Source of the DNA: an uncultured Pelagibacteraceae bacterium
Lineage (GTDB): Bacteria > Pseudomonadota > Alphaproteobacteria > Pelagibacterales > Pelagibacteraceae
Direction of reading: 5' to 3'
Assembly (NCBI GenBank): GCA_902593285.1
Contig: CACJHW010000003.1
Coordinates: 25,260-89,259, forward strand
DNA length: 64,000 bases
How positions within the stretch are numbered: the stretch's first letter is position 1; every line of letters starts with the position of its first letter. Positions 1 to 10,573 of this stretch are shown one piece after another. Both the position numbers and the translations under genes were made by a program. Under the pieces are notes generated by a model. It made no database searches. It was not told where the DNA came from and saw nothing but the letters and a program-made list of their open reading frames with translations.

Positions 1-309
1 GCTAAAAATGTTGTTGGTTCTAAAATTGCTGAAAAATGTTTAATTCAATTAGCTTATGCAATTGGTGTATCAAAACCACTTTCTATTTATGTAGATTTAT
101 TTGATAATGATCTAGATAAAAATAAATTTGTTGTAGAAAAGATTAGAGAAAATTTTGATTTGAGCCCCCGAGGTATCAGAGAGATGCTAAATTTAAATAA
201 ACCTATATATGAAAAAACAGCTGCCTACGGTCATTTCGGTAGAGCACCAGAAGAAAATGGTTCATTTTCATGGGAAAAAACTAATAAAACTAACGTTTTT
301 TCTAAATAG
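1..309 (+). CDS. metK: S-adenosylmethionine synthetase, 3' part (partial at window edge)
   Basis: Frame 1 reads AKNVVGSKIAEKCLIQLAYAIGVSKPLSIYVD...YEKTAAYGHFGR...FSWEK, the MetK C-terminal signature; stop TAG 307-309. Confidence 0.95.
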   Translation, partial: AKNVVGSKIAEKCLIQLAYAIGVSKPLSIYVDLFDNDLDKNKFVVEKIRENFDLSPRGIREMLNLNKPIYEKTAAYGHFGRAPEENGSFSWEKTNKTNVFSK

Positions 310-315
310 TTTATG

Positions 316-343
316 TTGAATTAAAAAAAATTTTTACTATATT
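316..343 (+). promoter_or_regulatory. putative sigma70 promoter of nusA operon
   Basis: TTGAAT(316-321)-16 nt-TATATT(338-343). Confidence 0.45.
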
Positions 344-366
344 GCATCTACATTATTGAACCTTAC

Positions 367-393
367 AAAGTGGGCTCTGGCCCATTTTTTTTT
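367..393 (+). terminator. rimP-leader-like hairpin/attenuator upstream of nusA
   Basis: AAAGTGGGC-TCTG-GCCCATTTT followed by a T run to 393, ending 15 nt before the nusA ATG. Confidence 0.65.
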
Positions 394-408
394 GGAGCAA
401 ACAAAATT

Positions 409-1962
409 ATGTTAAATAAAAGAGCAGATAAACTTGAATTATTGAGAATTGCTGAAGCTGTAGCTTTAGAAAAATCCATTGATAAAGAACTAATTATAAG
501 TTCTATGGAAACGGGTATTGCTAAAGCTGCAAAATCAAAATTTGGACAGGAAAATGAAATTAAGGTCTCAATTAATAGAGATAATGGAGATATTGAGCTT
601 TTTAGAAAATTGATAATTGCTGAAAATCCTGAAAATGCAAATACTGAAATAAAATTAGAGGATGCAATCAATTTAAATGAACTTAACAAAGATAAGTCAG
701 TTGGTGATGAAGTATTACAACCACTTCCATCATTTGATTTTGGAAGAATAGCTGCACAAACTGCAAAGCAGGTTATTAGTTTTAATGTAAGAGAAGCTGA
801 AAGAGAAAGACAATTTAATGATTTTATTGATAAGAAAAACTCAATTTTAAGTGGGATTGTTAAAAGATTGGAATTTGGAAATGTAATTGTTGATCTAGGA
901 AGAACTGAAGCAATAATTCAAAAAAATGAAATGATCCCTCGTGAAAATATTAAAGCAGGTGATCGTATAAAAGCATACTGTTATGATGTTAGAAGAGAAC
1001 CTAGAGGACAACAAATATTTCTATCTAGAGCCCATCCTAAATTTATGGAAAAGCTTTTTGTTCAAGAGGTTCCAGAAATATATGATGGATTAATAGAAAT
1101 TAAATCTTCATCAAGAGACCCAGGAAGTAGAGCCAAGATATGTGTTAAAGCAGTTGATACATCTCTAGATCCGGTAGGTGCTTGTGTAGGTATGAGGGGT
1201 TCAAGAGTTCAAGCTGTTGTAAATGAACTTCAAGGAGAGAAAATTGATATAGTTAATTGGTCTGAAGATCCAGCTATTTTGGTTTCAAATGCCTTATCTC
1301 CAGCTGAAGTACAAAGAGTTAATGTTGATAGTGAAAGAAAAAAACTTGATGTAATATTAACCGAAGAAAATCTAAGTAAAGCAATTGGAAGAAGAGGTCA
1401 AAACGTTAGACTTGCGACAAAACTCTTAAATTATGAAATTAATATTATGACAGATGCAGAGGATTCTGAACGAAGACAATTAGAATTTAAGGAAAAAACT
1501 GAGAACTTTGTAAAAAATTTAGAGTTAGATGAAACATTAGGTCAGTTACTTGTTGCTGAAGGTTTTTCAACTATTGATGACATCAAAGATAGTTCAGCTG
1601 AAAATTTAATTAAGATAGAAGGTATAGAAGAAGATACTGCTAAAGCATTGATAGAAAGAGCTAAAGAGTTTCATGAAAAGGACCAGGAGGATATTTCTCA
1701 GAGAATTAAAGAGTTAGGTCTTGAAGATGCCTTGATTAACTTAAAAGGATTAACTCCAGGAATGTTAGTCACACTTGGTGAACAAAAAATTCTAAGTTTA
1801 GAAGATTTTGCAGACTTAGCATCTGATGAATTAACTGGTGGTTATGATGTGGTTAAAGGCGAGAGAGTGAAAATCCAAGGCTATTTGGAAGATTTTGCTC
1901 TATCAAAAGATGAAGCGGATGAACTTATTATGTCTGCGCGGAACATTGTTTATAAAGATTGA
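409..1962 (+). CDS. nusA: transcription termination/antitermination factor NusA
   Basis: FGRIAAQTAKQVI, S1/KH motifs (DPVGACVGMRGSRVQAV), C-terminal acidic repeats; ATG 409 preferred over GTG 370, which lies inside the leader hairpin. Confidence 0.97.
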   Translation: MLNKRADKLELLRIAEAVALEKSIDKELIISSMETGIAKAAKSKFGQENEIKVSINRDNGDIELFRKLIIAENPENANTEIKLEDAINLNELNKDKSVGDEVLQPLPSFDFGRIAAQTAKQVISFNVREAERERQFNDFIDKKNSILSGIVKRLEFGNVIVDLGRTEAIIQKNEMIPRENIKAGDRIKAYCYDVRREPRGQQIFLSRAHPKFMEKLFVQEVPEIYDGLIEIKSSSRDPGSRAKICVKAVDTSLDPVGACVGMRGSRVQAVVNELQGEKIDIVNWSEDPAILVSNALSPAEVQRVNVDSERKKLDVILTEENLSKAIGRRGQNVRLATKLLNYEINIMTDAEDSERRQLEFKEKTENFVKNLELDETLGQLLVAEGFSTIDDIKDSSAENLIKIEGIEEDTAKALIERAKEFHEKDQEDISQRIKELGLEDALINLKGLTPGMLVTLGEQKILSLEDFADLASDELTGGYDVVKGERVKIQGYLEDFALSKDEADELIMSARNIVYKD

Positions 1963-1972
1963 GTGATGAGGT

Positions 1973-4189
1973 ATGGAGAAAAAAACAAAATTAACAATTT
2001 CAGGCTCAGCCAAAAAATCAATCAAGAACATTGAGATTGCTAAAACTCAAGGAAAAAAAACTGTAGTTATTGAAAAACAAACTGGAAAATTTTCTACTAG
2101 AGGTGGGTCATTTAGATCTAGTACCAAGTCAAGAACAACCTCAACTTTCAACAGAGGAACACCATTTAAAACTTCATTTAATCCTAAATCACCCACTATA
2201 ACAAATGATTTTGAAAAGAGAAAACTAGCAGAACAAAGAGCCACCAAAAGACTTAAAGGAGATAGTGAAAATAAAGATAAGAAAAATTTAAAAGTAGGTA
2301 CGAAGAAGAGAGAATTAAAATTAACAGTTTCAAGAGCGTTAAGTGATGAGATCGATGCAAAACAAAGAAGTTTAGCATCAGTTAAAAGAGCAAGACAAAA
2401 GGAAATTAAAAATGCTTCTAAAAATGATTTAGAAGAAAATTTAAAGCCAATTAAAAGAGATATTAATATTCCTGAAGCAATTACAGTAAGAGAGCTAGCA
2501 AATAGAATGGCTGAACAATCTAGCAATGTAATTAAGCATTTATTTGGTATGGGTGTTACTGTGACTATCAATCAAACATTAGCTGCAGATACTGCAGAAT
2601 ATTTGGTTAGAGAATTTGGGCACAACCCAATTAGAGAAGAGAAAGCAGAAGAAATAATTCAAAAAATAAAAGCTTCAAGAACTGAAAATTTAAAAAATCG
2701 ACCCCCAATAGTTACTGTCATGGGGCATGTTGATCATGGTAAGACTTCAGTACTAGATGTGCTCAGAAGTGCAAATGTAGTCTCAGGAGAATTTGGTGGT
2801 ATAACTCAACATATTGGAGCCTATCAAATTGAAAGCCAAGATAATAAATTAACATTTATTGATACACCAGGCCATGCTGCTTTTACAGAGATGAGAGCAA
2901 GAGGATCAAAATTAACTGATGTTGTTGTATTGGTGGTTGCTGCAGATGATGGAGTTAAACCTCAAACTGTTGAGTCTATTAAACACGCTAAAGCCGCAAA
3001 TGTTCCAATAGTTGTTGCAATAAATAAATGTGATTTACCAGAGGCTGATCCACAGAAAATAAAAAATCAATTATTAGAACATGAATTAATTGCTGAAGAT
3101 TTATCTGGTGATACTTTAATGGTTGAAATTTCAACAAAAACAAAACAAAATCTAGATAAATTAGTAGAGTCTATAATACTTCAAGCAGAGATTTTAGATC
3201 TTAAAACAGATTATGAATCTAAAGCTACAGGTATAGTTTTAGAGTCCAAAATTGATGTTGGAAGGGGTCCTGTTGCAAATATAATTGTAACAACTGGAAC
3301 TCTCAAAAGAGGTGATTTTTTTGTAAGTGGTTTAAAATGGGGAAAAGTTAGAGCTATTATTAATGACAAAAGTCAAAATATCAATGAAGCTTTACCCTCA
3401 ACACCTGTTGAAATTTTAGGAATAAATGGTGCAGCAAAAGCTGGAGATGATTTTATTGTATTAGATACCGAAAAAGAGGCTAAGACATTAAGTGAAAATA
3501 GAGCTCAAGAAAGTAAAGATGGAAAAAATCCTCTAACTTTTGCAACTCAAGACTCTGCCTTCTCAGACAAATCTACAGAAGAATTAAATCTAATTATTAA
3601 ATCTGATGTACATGGATCATCAGAAGCAATTAAAAATGCAATTAGTCAAATCAAGCATGATGAAGTTAAACCTAAAATAATTTTAGCAGATATTGGAATG
3701 GTAACAGAAACTGACGTTACATTAGCAAAAGCGTCGAATGCAGTATTAATAGCTTTCAATGTTAAACCAAGCAAAGAAGCAAAAAAACTCGCTGAAAATG
3801 AGAAAATAAAAATATCTTCATACAATATAATTTATGAAGTTTTAGATTACATTAAACAAAGGATGTCAGGATTATTGGCACCCGATGTACAAGAAAAAAT
3901 TACTGGTACTGCACAAATTTTGGAAATATTTAAGGTATCAGGTGCTGGAAAAGTTGCAGGTTCAAAAGTAATTGAAGGAGAAATTAATAGTACTTCTGAT
4001 GTTAGAATTATTAGGGACGGTGCTATTATTTATACTGGAAAAGTTTCAACAATATTTAGAGAAAAAAACCAAGTAAAACAGGTGAGTGGCGGACAAGAAT
4101 GTGGGATTACAGTCAAAGATTATATGGATTTTCAAAAAAATGACACAATAGAGGCTTTTAGTGTTACATCTACAGAGAGGTCAATTTAA
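1973..4189 (+). CDS. infB: translation initiation factor IF-2
   Basis: [20 protein letters not shown] GTPase motifs; position after nusA. Confidence 0.98.
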   Translation: MEKKTKLTISGSAKKSIKNIEIAKTQGKKTVVIEKQTGKFSTRGGSFRSSTKSRTTSTFNRGTPFKTSFNPKSPTITNDFEKRKLAEQRATKRLKGDSENKDKKNLKVGTKKRELKLTVSRALSDEIDAKQRSLASVKRARQKEIKNASKNDLEENLKPIKRDINIPEAITVRELANRMAEQSSNVIKHLFGMGVTVTINQTLAADTAEYLVREFGHNPIREEKAEEIIQKIKASRTENLKNRPPIVTVMGHVDHGKTSVLDVLRSANVVSGEFGGITQHIGAYQIESQDNKLTFIDTPGHAAFTEMRARGSKLTDVVVLVVAADDGVKPQTVESIKHAKAANVPIVVAINKCDLPEADPQKIKNQLLEHELIAEDLSGDTLMVEISTKTKQNLDKLVESIILQAEILDLKTDYESKATGIVLESKIDVGRGPVANIIVTTGTLKRGDFFVSGLKWGKVRAIINDKSQNINEALPSTPVEILGINGAAKAGDDFIVLDTEKEAKTLSENRAQESKDGKNPLTFATQDSAFSDKSTEELNLIIKSDVHGSSEAIKNAISQIKHDEVKPKIILADIGMVTETDVTLAKASNAVLIAFNVKPSKEAKKLAENEKIKISSYNIIYEVLDYIKQRMSGLLAPDVQEKITGTAQILEIFKVSGAGKVAGSKVIEGEINSTSDVRIIRDGAIIYTGKVSTIFREKNQVKQVSGGQECGITVKDYMDFQKNDTIEAFSVTSTERSI

Positions 4190-4557
4190 TGGCAGATAGA
4201 ATAGGAAAACCAGTATCTCAAAGACAGCTTAGAGTAGGAGAAATGATTAAGCAGTCTTTAAGCATGATTTTTATAAGAAATGAGGCTAAGGTGCCGAATT
4301 TAGAAACAAACACTATTACGGTTACTGAAGTTAGAATGAGTCCAGATCTAAAAATTGCTAAAGCATATGTACTTCCATTAGGAGGAAAGGATGCGGATGA
4401 AACAATTAATGTTTTAAAGGAATACTCATTTTTAATTAGAAAAATTTTATCACAAAAAGTGGTTATGAAATTTTTACCAAAATTACTTTTTAGAAAAGAC
4501 GAATCTTTTGAGTATGCGGAAAAAATAGAAAACTTAATAAAACAAACAAATAAATAG
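4189..4557 (+). CDS. rbfA: 30S ribosome-binding factor A
   Basis: QRQLRVGEMIK, ITVTEVRMSPDLKIAK, P-x-L-x-F-x-x-D motifs; follows infB. Confidence 0.95.
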   Translation: MADRIGKPVSQRQLRVGEMIKQSLSMIFIRNEAKVPNLETNTITVTEVRMSPDLKIAKAYVLPLGGKDADETINVLKEYSFLIRKILSQKVVMKFLPKLLFRKDESFEYAEKIENLIKQTNK

Positions 4558-4569
4558 GAAAAAAGAGGC

Positions 4570-4818
4570 ATGAATAAAAAGGCACAAGAATTAGCAATGC
4601 ACGACAAAGATACTGGATCTTCAGAGATTCAGATTGCTTTGCTAACTGAAAAAATTGAAACTCTCTCTAAGCATATTAAGCAATTCAAAAAGGATAAACA
4701 TTCATCTGTTGGATTGTTGAGAGCGGTAAATAGAAGAAAGAAATTGTTAGAATACCTAAAGAAAAACAAAATGGATTCTTACAAAAATGTACTGTCGAAA
4801 TTGAATTTAAGAAAATAG
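4570..4818 (+). CDS. rpsO: 30S ribosomal protein S15
   Basis: DTGSSEIQIALLT...KKDKHSSVGL...RRKKLLEYL. Confidence 0.96.
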   Translation: MNKKAQELAMHDKDTGSSEIQIALLTEKIETLSKHIKQFKKDKHSSVGLLRAVNRRKKLLEYLKKNKMDSYKNVLSKLNLRK

Positions 4819-4833
4819 AAGTCAAGATAGATA

Positions 4834-4878
4834 GAACGGAATGGAACGAAACGAACGAAACGAAATGGAAATGAAATG
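4834..4878 (+). repeat. imperfect pentanucleotide tandem repeat (RAAYG)x9 in pnp leader
   Basis: GAACG GAATG GAACG AAACG AACG AAACG AAATG GAAATG AAATG; the last unit supplies the pnp ATG. Confidence 0.85.
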
Positions 4879-6948
4879 TTTAAAGTACACAAGAAAGAAA
4901 TTGAAGTTGCAGGAAAGAAGATAAGTTTAGAAACAGGTAAAGTAGCAAGACAGGCAGACGGTGCAATAATTGCAACATGTGGAGAGACGGTCGTACTAGC
5001 AACAGTAGTAGGAGCAAAAAAAGTAAATCCTGATATGGATTACTTCCCATTATCTGTAAATTACCAAGAAAAATATTATGCGGCTGGCAAAATTCCAGGT
5101 GGATATTTTAAAAGAGAAGCAAGACCAACTGAAAGTGAAACATTAATCTCTAGATTAATTGATAGACCAATCAGACCTTTGTTTCCTGATGAATTTAAAA
5201 ATGAAGTTCAGTTATTACCAACTGTAATTTCATATGATAAGGAAAATGAACCAGATATTTTATCAATCACTGCTTCATCAGCTGCATTAGCCATATCTGG
5301 AATGCCATTTATGGGTCCTGTTGGAGCTTCAAGAGTTGGTTTTATAGATGGAAAATATGTTTTAAACCCATCTAAAACAGAACTAGAAAAATCAAAATTA
5401 GATTTAGTTGTAGCAGGTACAAAAAATGCTGTGCTTATGGTTGAGTCTGAAGCAAATGGCTTAACTGAAGAAGAAATGTTGAATGCTGTTAAATTTGGTC
5501 ATGAGGGATTTGTTCCTGTAATTGAAATGATCGAAGAACTTGCAAAAGAATGCAGAAAACCTGAGTGGACTGTTGAAAAGAAAGATCTATCTGAAGTTAA
5601 GAAAAAATTAGAGGAAACTTTTACAGAAGATCTTAAAAAAGCTTTTGCAACTAGAGATAAACAAGATAGATCAAATCAAATTTCTGAAATAACTGATAAA
5701 GCTAAAAAGCTTTATGAGGAAGATGAAAATTACACTGATCTAGATGTTAACAGTCAGTTAAAAAATCTTGAAAAATCAATTGTTAGAACAGACATTCTAC
5801 AAAATAAAAATAGAATTGACGGAAGAGGTTTGTCTGAAGTAAGACCTATTGAATGTGAAGTGGGTGTTCTTCCGAGAGCACATGGTTCTGCATTATTTAC
5901 TAGAGGAGAAACGCAAGCAATTGTTGTTGCGACTTTAGGAACATCTGATGATGAACAAAGAATTGAGAGCTTAGATGGATTGCAAAGAGAACGATTCATG
6001 CTTCATTATAATTTTCCACCTTTTTCAGTTGGAGAAACTGGAAGAATTGGAACTGGTAGAAGAGAAATCGGACATGGTAAACTAGCATGGAGAGCAATCA
6101 ATTCTTCATTGCCTACAAAAGAAGCATTTCCATACACTTTTAGAGTAGTTTCAGAGATTACAGAGTCTAATGGTTCTTCTTCAATGGCTACTGTTTGTGG
6201 AACTTCTTTAGCATTAATGGATGCTGGAGTGCCGATTAAAGAGCCAGTTGCAGGTATAGCAATGGGATTAATTAAAGAAGGAGATGATTTCAGTGTTCTA
6301 TCAGATATATTGGGTGACGAAGATCACTTAGGTGATATGGACTTTAAAGTTGCTGGAACTAAAGATGGAATTACTTCTCTTCAAATGGATATTAAAATTA
6401 CAGGTATTACATTTGAAATTATGGAGCAGGCATTAAGCCAAGCTAAAGATGGAAGAGTTCATATCTTAGGTGAAATGAATAAAGCATTATCAGCTTCAAG
6501 ATCTGATGTTGGAAAACATACACCAAAAATGGAACAAGTTAATGTTGATAAAAAAGACATTGCAGCTGTCATTGGAAAAGGTGGCGCAACAATTAGAGAG
6601 ATCGTTGAAAAATCAGGTGCAAAAGTAGATGTAAATGATGAAGGTGTAGTTACAGTTGCTGCTCCAGATGAAGAGTCTAGAAACATCGCAATGCAGATGA
6701 TTAAAGACATCACTGCAAAAGCTGAATTAAATAAAATTTATTCAGGTAAAGTAATGAAGATTATGGAGTTTGGTGCATTTGTTAATTTCTTAGGAAAACA
6801 AGATGGACTAGTTCATATCTCAGAACTAGCAGATAAAAGAGTTGCTAAAGTTACTGACGTTGTCAAAGAAGGTGACGAAGTTAAAGTTAAAGTAATTGGT
6901 TTTGATAGAGGTAAAGTTAAACTTTCTATGAAACAAGCTGCTGAGTAA
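4876..6948 (+). CDS. pnp: polyribonucleotide nucleotidyltransferase (PNPase)
   Basis: [40 protein letters not shown] and S1 domains. Confidence 0.98.
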   Translation: MFKVHKKEIEVAGKKISLETGKVARQADGAIIATCGETVVLATVVGAKKVNPDMDYFPLSVNYQEKYYAAGKIPGGYFKREARPTESETLISRLIDRPIRPLFPDEFKNEVQLLPTVISYDKENEPDILSITASSAALAISGMPFMGPVGASRVGFIDGKYVLNPSKTELEKSKLDLVVAGTKNAVLMVESEANGLTEEEMLNAVKFGHEGFVPVIEMIEELAKECRKPEWTVEKKDLSEVKKKLEETFTEDLKKAFATRDKQDRSNQISEITDKAKKLYEEDENYTDLDVNSQLKNLEKSIVRTDILQNKNRIDGRGLSEVRPIECEVGVLPRAHGSALFTRGETQAIVVATLGTSDDEQRIESLDGLQRERFMLHYNFPPFSVGETGRIGTGRREIGHGKLAWRAINSSLPTKEAFPYTFRVVSEITESNGSSSMATVCGTSLALMDAGVPIKEPVAGIAMGLIKEGDDFSVLSDILGDEDHLGDMDFKVAGTKDGITSLQMDIKITGITFEIMEQALSQAKDGRVHILGEMNKALSASRSDVGKHTPKMEQVNVDKKDIAAVIGKGGATIREIVEKSGAKVDVNDEGVVTVAAPDEESRNIAMQMIKDITAKAELNKIYSGKVMKIMEFGAFVNFLGKQDGLVHISELADKRVAKVTDVVKEGDEVKVKVIGFDRGKVKLSMKQAAE

Positions 6949-6967
6949 TAGCCTAAATTAAAATTCT

Positions 6968-7002
6968 AAACCCCTGGAATGAGAATTCTGGGGGTTTTTT
7001 TT
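6968..7002 (+). terminator. intrinsic terminator of pnp
   Basis: CCCCTGGAAT-GAGA-ATTCTGGGGG stem with GNRA loop then T8. Confidence 0.9.
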
Positions 7003-7021
7003 AACTAAATTTAACTTAATT

Positions 7022-7807
7022 TTAGCTAATATTTTTAGGATCCGGCATTCCAACCTTGTTATATCCAGCATCTACGTAGTGGATTTCACCAGTGACACCG
7101 TTTGCAAGTTCACTTAGGAGGTATAATGCTGAGTTTCCAACATCATGGATATCCACGTTTCTTTTAAGAAAAGAATGGTCTTCATTCCATTTATATAAGA
7201 ATTTTGCGTCTCCAATTGCAGAGGCAGCCAATGTCTTGATAGGTCCAGCACTTATAGCATTTACTCTCATACCTTTGGCTCCTAAATCTCTTGCTAAATA
7301 CTTAACACTTGCCTCAAGAGCTGATTTACAAACACCCATTACGTTATAATTTGGAATTGCTTTAGTAGACTCATAAGTTAAAGTTAATAAACTTCCACCT
7401 TGTTTCATTACCTTTGAAGCTTCTTTTGCTACTTCAGTAAAAGAAAAACAAGAAATTAACATACTTCTTAAAAAATTTTCTCTTGTCGTGTTTAGGTACT
7501 CACCTGATAACTCTGATTTATCTGAAAAAGCAACTGCATGAACAACAAAATCGATTTCACCCCATTGAGATTTGATATCCTCAAATAATTTAACTACTTC
7601 TTCTTTTTTTTCAACATCACAACTAAATGTAACATTTGAATTTAATTTTTCTGCTAATGGAACAACTCTTTTTTTTAGAGCATCGCCTAAATAAGTAAAT
7701 GCTAACTCCGCTCCAGCCTCTGCAAGTTTTTGAGATATACCCCAGGCGATAGATCTCTCATTAGCAACACCCATGATCAAGCCTTTTTTACCTTTCATTA
7801 AACTCAT
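7022..7807 (-). CDS. fabI: enoyl-ACP reductase
   Basis: GVANERSIAWGI, YNVMGVCKSALE, NAISAGPIKTLA. Confidence 0.96.
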   Translation of the reverse strand: MSLMKGKKGLIMGVANERSIAWGISQKLAEAGAELAFTYLGDALKKRVVPLAEKLNSNVTFSCDVEKKEEVVKLFEDIKSQWGEIDFVVHAVAFSDKSELSGEYLNTTRENFLRSMLISCFSFTEVAKEASKVMKQGGSLLTLTYESTKAIPNYNVMGVCKSALEASVKYLARDLGAKGMRVNAISAGPIKTLAASAIGDAKFLYKWNEDHSFLKRNVDIHDVGNSALYLLSELANGVTGEIHYVDAGYNKVGMPDPKNIS

Positions 7808-7810
7808 AAA

Positions 7811-9022
7811 TTAAACCTTTTCAAAAATTAAAGCTGCATTAGTTCCTCCAAAACCAAAGCTATTTGACATTACTGTATTTAAAGTTGCTCCTGTTTCAGT
7901 TTTTGAAACTATAGGAAATTTTTTAGCATCATCATCTATATCAGTAATATTTGCAGAACCTGTAATGAAATTATTCTTCATCATTATTAAACAATAAATT
8001 GCTTCATGCACTGAAGCTGCCCCTAAAGGATGACCTGATAAAGATTTTGTTGAACTTATTTTTGGAATGTCCTCTCCAAAAGTTTCTTTTATAGCATTAA
8101 GTTCAGTTATATCTCCAACAGGAGTGGATGTTCCGTGAGTATTAATGTAATCAATTTTATTTTTAGCAGTTGCCATTGCCATTTTCATACATCTAACAGC
8201 ACCTTCACCTGATGGTGCTACCATATCGTATCCATCTGAAGTTGCTCCATAACCAGTTAATTCTGCGTATATTTTAGCCCCTCTTGCTTTAGCGTGTTCG
8301 TATTCTTCAAGCACTAATACGCCTGCACCACCTGCAATTACAAACCCATCTCTAGTTTTATCGTAAGCTCTAGATGCAGATTGTGGAGTGTCATTATATT
8401 TTGATGATAATGCTGTCATAGCATCAAACATTGCTGTCATTGCCCAATGAATTTCTTCACTACCACCTGCAAAAACAACATCCTGTTTACCCATTTGAAT
8501 TAATTCCATAGAATTTCCTATGCAGTGTCCACTAGTTGCACATGCAGAACTCATTGTGTAGTTAGTTCCTTTAATTTTAAATGGAACCGCAAGTGTTGCA
8601 GAAGCCGTACTGGCCATTGTTCTTGGAACAATAAAAGGCCCCATTAGTTTTGGAGTTTTAGCTCTTGTTTTGTCTGCTGCAAGAATTACGTTTTCAATTG
8701 ATGGGCCACCAGAACCCATTACAATTCCAGTTTTAAAATTACTCACTTCGCTTTCTTCTAATCCAGAATCCTCAATTGCTTCCTTCATTGCAATATAATT
8801 ATAAGCTGAGCCTGATCCCATAAATCTAATTGTTTTTCTATCTATATGATCCTCAAGTTTAATATTTGGTTTACCATGAACATGGCTTTTCAGGTTATGC
8901 TCTTTATAATCTTCAGCATAAGAAATTCCTGATTTTGAATTTAATAAAGATCGATGAACTTCTTCTTGATTATTTCCTAAACAAGAAACAACTCCTAAAC
9001 CTGTAATAACTACTCTTCTCAT
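7811..9022 (-). CDS. fabB: beta-ketoacyl-ACP synthase I
   Basis: [35 protein letters not shown]; lies between fabA and fabI. Confidence 0.93.
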   Translation of the reverse strand: MRRVVITGLGVVSCLGNNQEEVHRSLLNSKSGISYAEDYKEHNLKSHVHGKPNIKLEDHIDRKTIRFMGSGSAYNYIAMKEAIEDSGLEESEVSNFKTGIVMGSGGPSIENVILAADKTRAKTPKLMGPFIVPRTMASTASATLAVPFKIKGTNYTMSSACATSGHCIGNSMELIQMGKQDVVFAGGSEEIHWAMTAMFDAMTALSSKYNDTPQSASRAYDKTRDGFVIAGGAGVLVLEEYEHAKARGAKIYAELTGYGATSDGYDMVAPSGEGAVRCMKMAMATAKNKIDYINTHGTSTPVGDITELNAIKETFGEDIPKISSTKSLSGHPLGAASVHEAIYCLIMMKNNFITGSANITDIDDDAKKFPIVSKTETGATLNTVMSNSFGFGGTNAALIFEKV

Positions 9023-9522
9023 TATTTAAACAACCCCACTTTTAAACTTTCTGCTGAATATATTTTTTTATTATCTGCAAGAACAATTCCATTTGCAAGC
9101 CCAACGGTTGTTCCCCCTGGAGACATAATTTTTTTCATATCTATTTCATATCTTACACTTTTTACACTCCGTAATACTTCGCCTGTAAATTTCACAGTAC
9201 CCACTCCTAGAGCTCTTCCTTTTCCAGGATTTCCTAGCCAACCTAGAAAAAAACCTACCAGTTGCCACATAGCATCTAAACCTAGGCACCCTGGCATAAC
9301 TGGATCTTTTTTAAAATGACAATCAAAAAACCAAAGATCATTTTTAATATCTAATTCAGCTTTTAATGAGCCTTTATTAAACGTTCCATTATTTTCATTG
9401 ATTTCCGTTATTCTGTCAAACATAAGCATTGGCGGGAGTGGTAATTTTGCATTACCAGGACCAAAAAGATCACCGTTCCCACAAGTTATCAGATCATCAT
9501 AGGAGTATGAGTTTTTTTTCAT
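9022..9522 (-). CDS. fabA: 3-hydroxyacyl-ACP dehydratase/isomerase
   Basis: [38 protein letters not shown]. Confidence 0.96.
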   Translation of the reverse strand: MKKNSYSYDDLITCGNGDLFGPGNAKLPLPPMLMFDRITEINENNGTFNKGSLKAELDIKNDLWFFDCHFKKDPVMPGCLGLDAMWQLVGFFLGWLGNPGKGRALGVGTVKFTGEVLRSVKSVRYEIDMKKIMSPGGTTVGLANGIVLADNKKIYSAESLKVGLFK

Positions 9523-9591
9523 ATTCGAGCACCCTTAATACTTGATTTAATCCTAATATAATATAATAAAACAGTATATTTTTATTCATAC

Positions 9592-9608
9592 TTTAGAATA
9601 ATTATAAA
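9592..9608. promoter_or_regulatory. ICE (Irr)-box-like site upstream of irr
   Basis: TTTAGAA-TAA-TTATAAA, one mismatch to ICE consensus TTTAGAA-N3-TTCTAAA. Confidence 0.65.
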
Positions 9609-9613
9609 AAACA

Positions 9614-10042
9614 ATGCCAAAAAACTGCAATTTTATTGAAAAATTAAGAGAAGTTGGGCTTAGACCAACCAAGCAAAGAATAAAAATGTGTGAAGTTTTA
9701 TATAATAGAGAAAAAACATTCCATTTCACAATTAATGATCTTGTTAAAATGATATCTGAAAAAATGAATGAAAAGATATCTTTAGCCACAGTTTATAACA
9801 CAGTTCATGCATTTGAAAAAAAAGGATATTTAAAAGAAATTTCAATCAATAGTCACAAAAGTTATTTTGATACAAACACATCAGCACATCATCATTTCTT
9901 TGATGAAGATACACATGAGTTAATTGATTGTGGTGAGAGTGATATAGACAAAATAAATATAAAAAAAAATATTACAGGAAAAAAAATAAATTCTGTTGAA
10001 GTGTTGGTTAGAGTTGCGAGTGATAATCAAACTCAAAAATAA
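9614..10042 (+). CDS. irr: Fur-family regulator, Irr-like
   Basis: GLRPTKQR, ISLATVYNT, YFDTNTSAHHHFF; divergent from fabA as for alphaproteobacterial irr. Confidence 0.8.
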   Translation: MPKNCNFIEKLREVGLRPTKQRIKMCEVLYNREKTFHFTINDLVKMISEKMNEKISLATVYNTVHAFEKKGYLKEISINSHKSYFDTNTSAHHHFFDEDTHELIDCGESDIDKINIKKNITGKKINSVEVLVRVASDNQTQK

Positions 10043-10071
10043 TTTAATTAAATCATACACTTAAAATCTAC

Positions 10072-10088
10072 ATTATAATAATTCTAAA
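10072..10088. promoter_or_regulatory. ICE/PerR-box-like site upstream of rubrerythrin
   Basis: ATTATAA-TAA-TTCTAAA immediately upstream of a TTGACA -35 (10092-10097). Confidence 0.6.
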
Positions 10089-10147
10089 CTATTGACATAC
10101 TGTCAAGATCCATTATATGGTTTGTTAATCATTAAAAAGGAGAAAAA

Positions 10148-10564
10148 ATGTCTTTAAAAGGAAGTAAAACAGAAGAAAATTTAAAAGAAGCGTTTGCTGG
10201 TGAAAGTCAAGCAAACAGAAGATATCTTTATTTTGCACAAAAAGCTGACATAGAAGGTTACAATGATGTAGCTGCAGTTTTTAGATCAACAGCAGAAGGT
10301 GAAACAGGTCACGCACATGGTCATTTGGAGTATCTAGAAGAAGTTGGTGATCCAGGAACTGGTATGCCAATTGGCGAAACAAAAGCTAACCTGGCTTCTG
10401 CAGTTCAAGGTGAAACGCATGAATACACTGATATGTACCCAGGTATGGCTAAAACGGCAAGAGAGGAAGGTTTTGAAGAAATTGCTGACTGGTTTGAAAC
10501 TTTAGCAAAAGCTGAAAAATCACACGCTGGTAAATTCCAAAAAACTTTAGAATCTATTAGCTAA
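10148..10564 (+). CDS. rbr: rubrerythrin (short form, no rubredoxin domain)
   Basis: [44 protein letters not shown] di-iron motifs; AAGGAG SD. Confidence 0.92.
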   Translation: MSLKGSKTEENLKEAFAGESQANRRYLYFAQKADIEGYNDVAAVFRSTAEGETGHAHGHLEYLEEVGDPGTGMPIGETKANLASAVQGETHEYTDMYPGMAKTAREEGFEEIADWFETLAKAEKSHAGKFQKTLESIS

Positions 10565-10573
10565 CCAAATTTC

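Noticed and set aside
370-408. GTG-initiated N-terminal extension of NusA
   Set aside because: It translates the leader hairpin and T tract; ATG 409 is the more plausible start
4836-4869. ANGGA motifs as CsrA sites in the pnp leader
   Set aside because: CsrA is rare in alphaproteobacteria and is not in this window; the motifs are a by-product of the RAAYG repeat
4834-4878. Repeat as a CRISPR remnant
   Set aside because: 5-nt units without spacers; no cas genes
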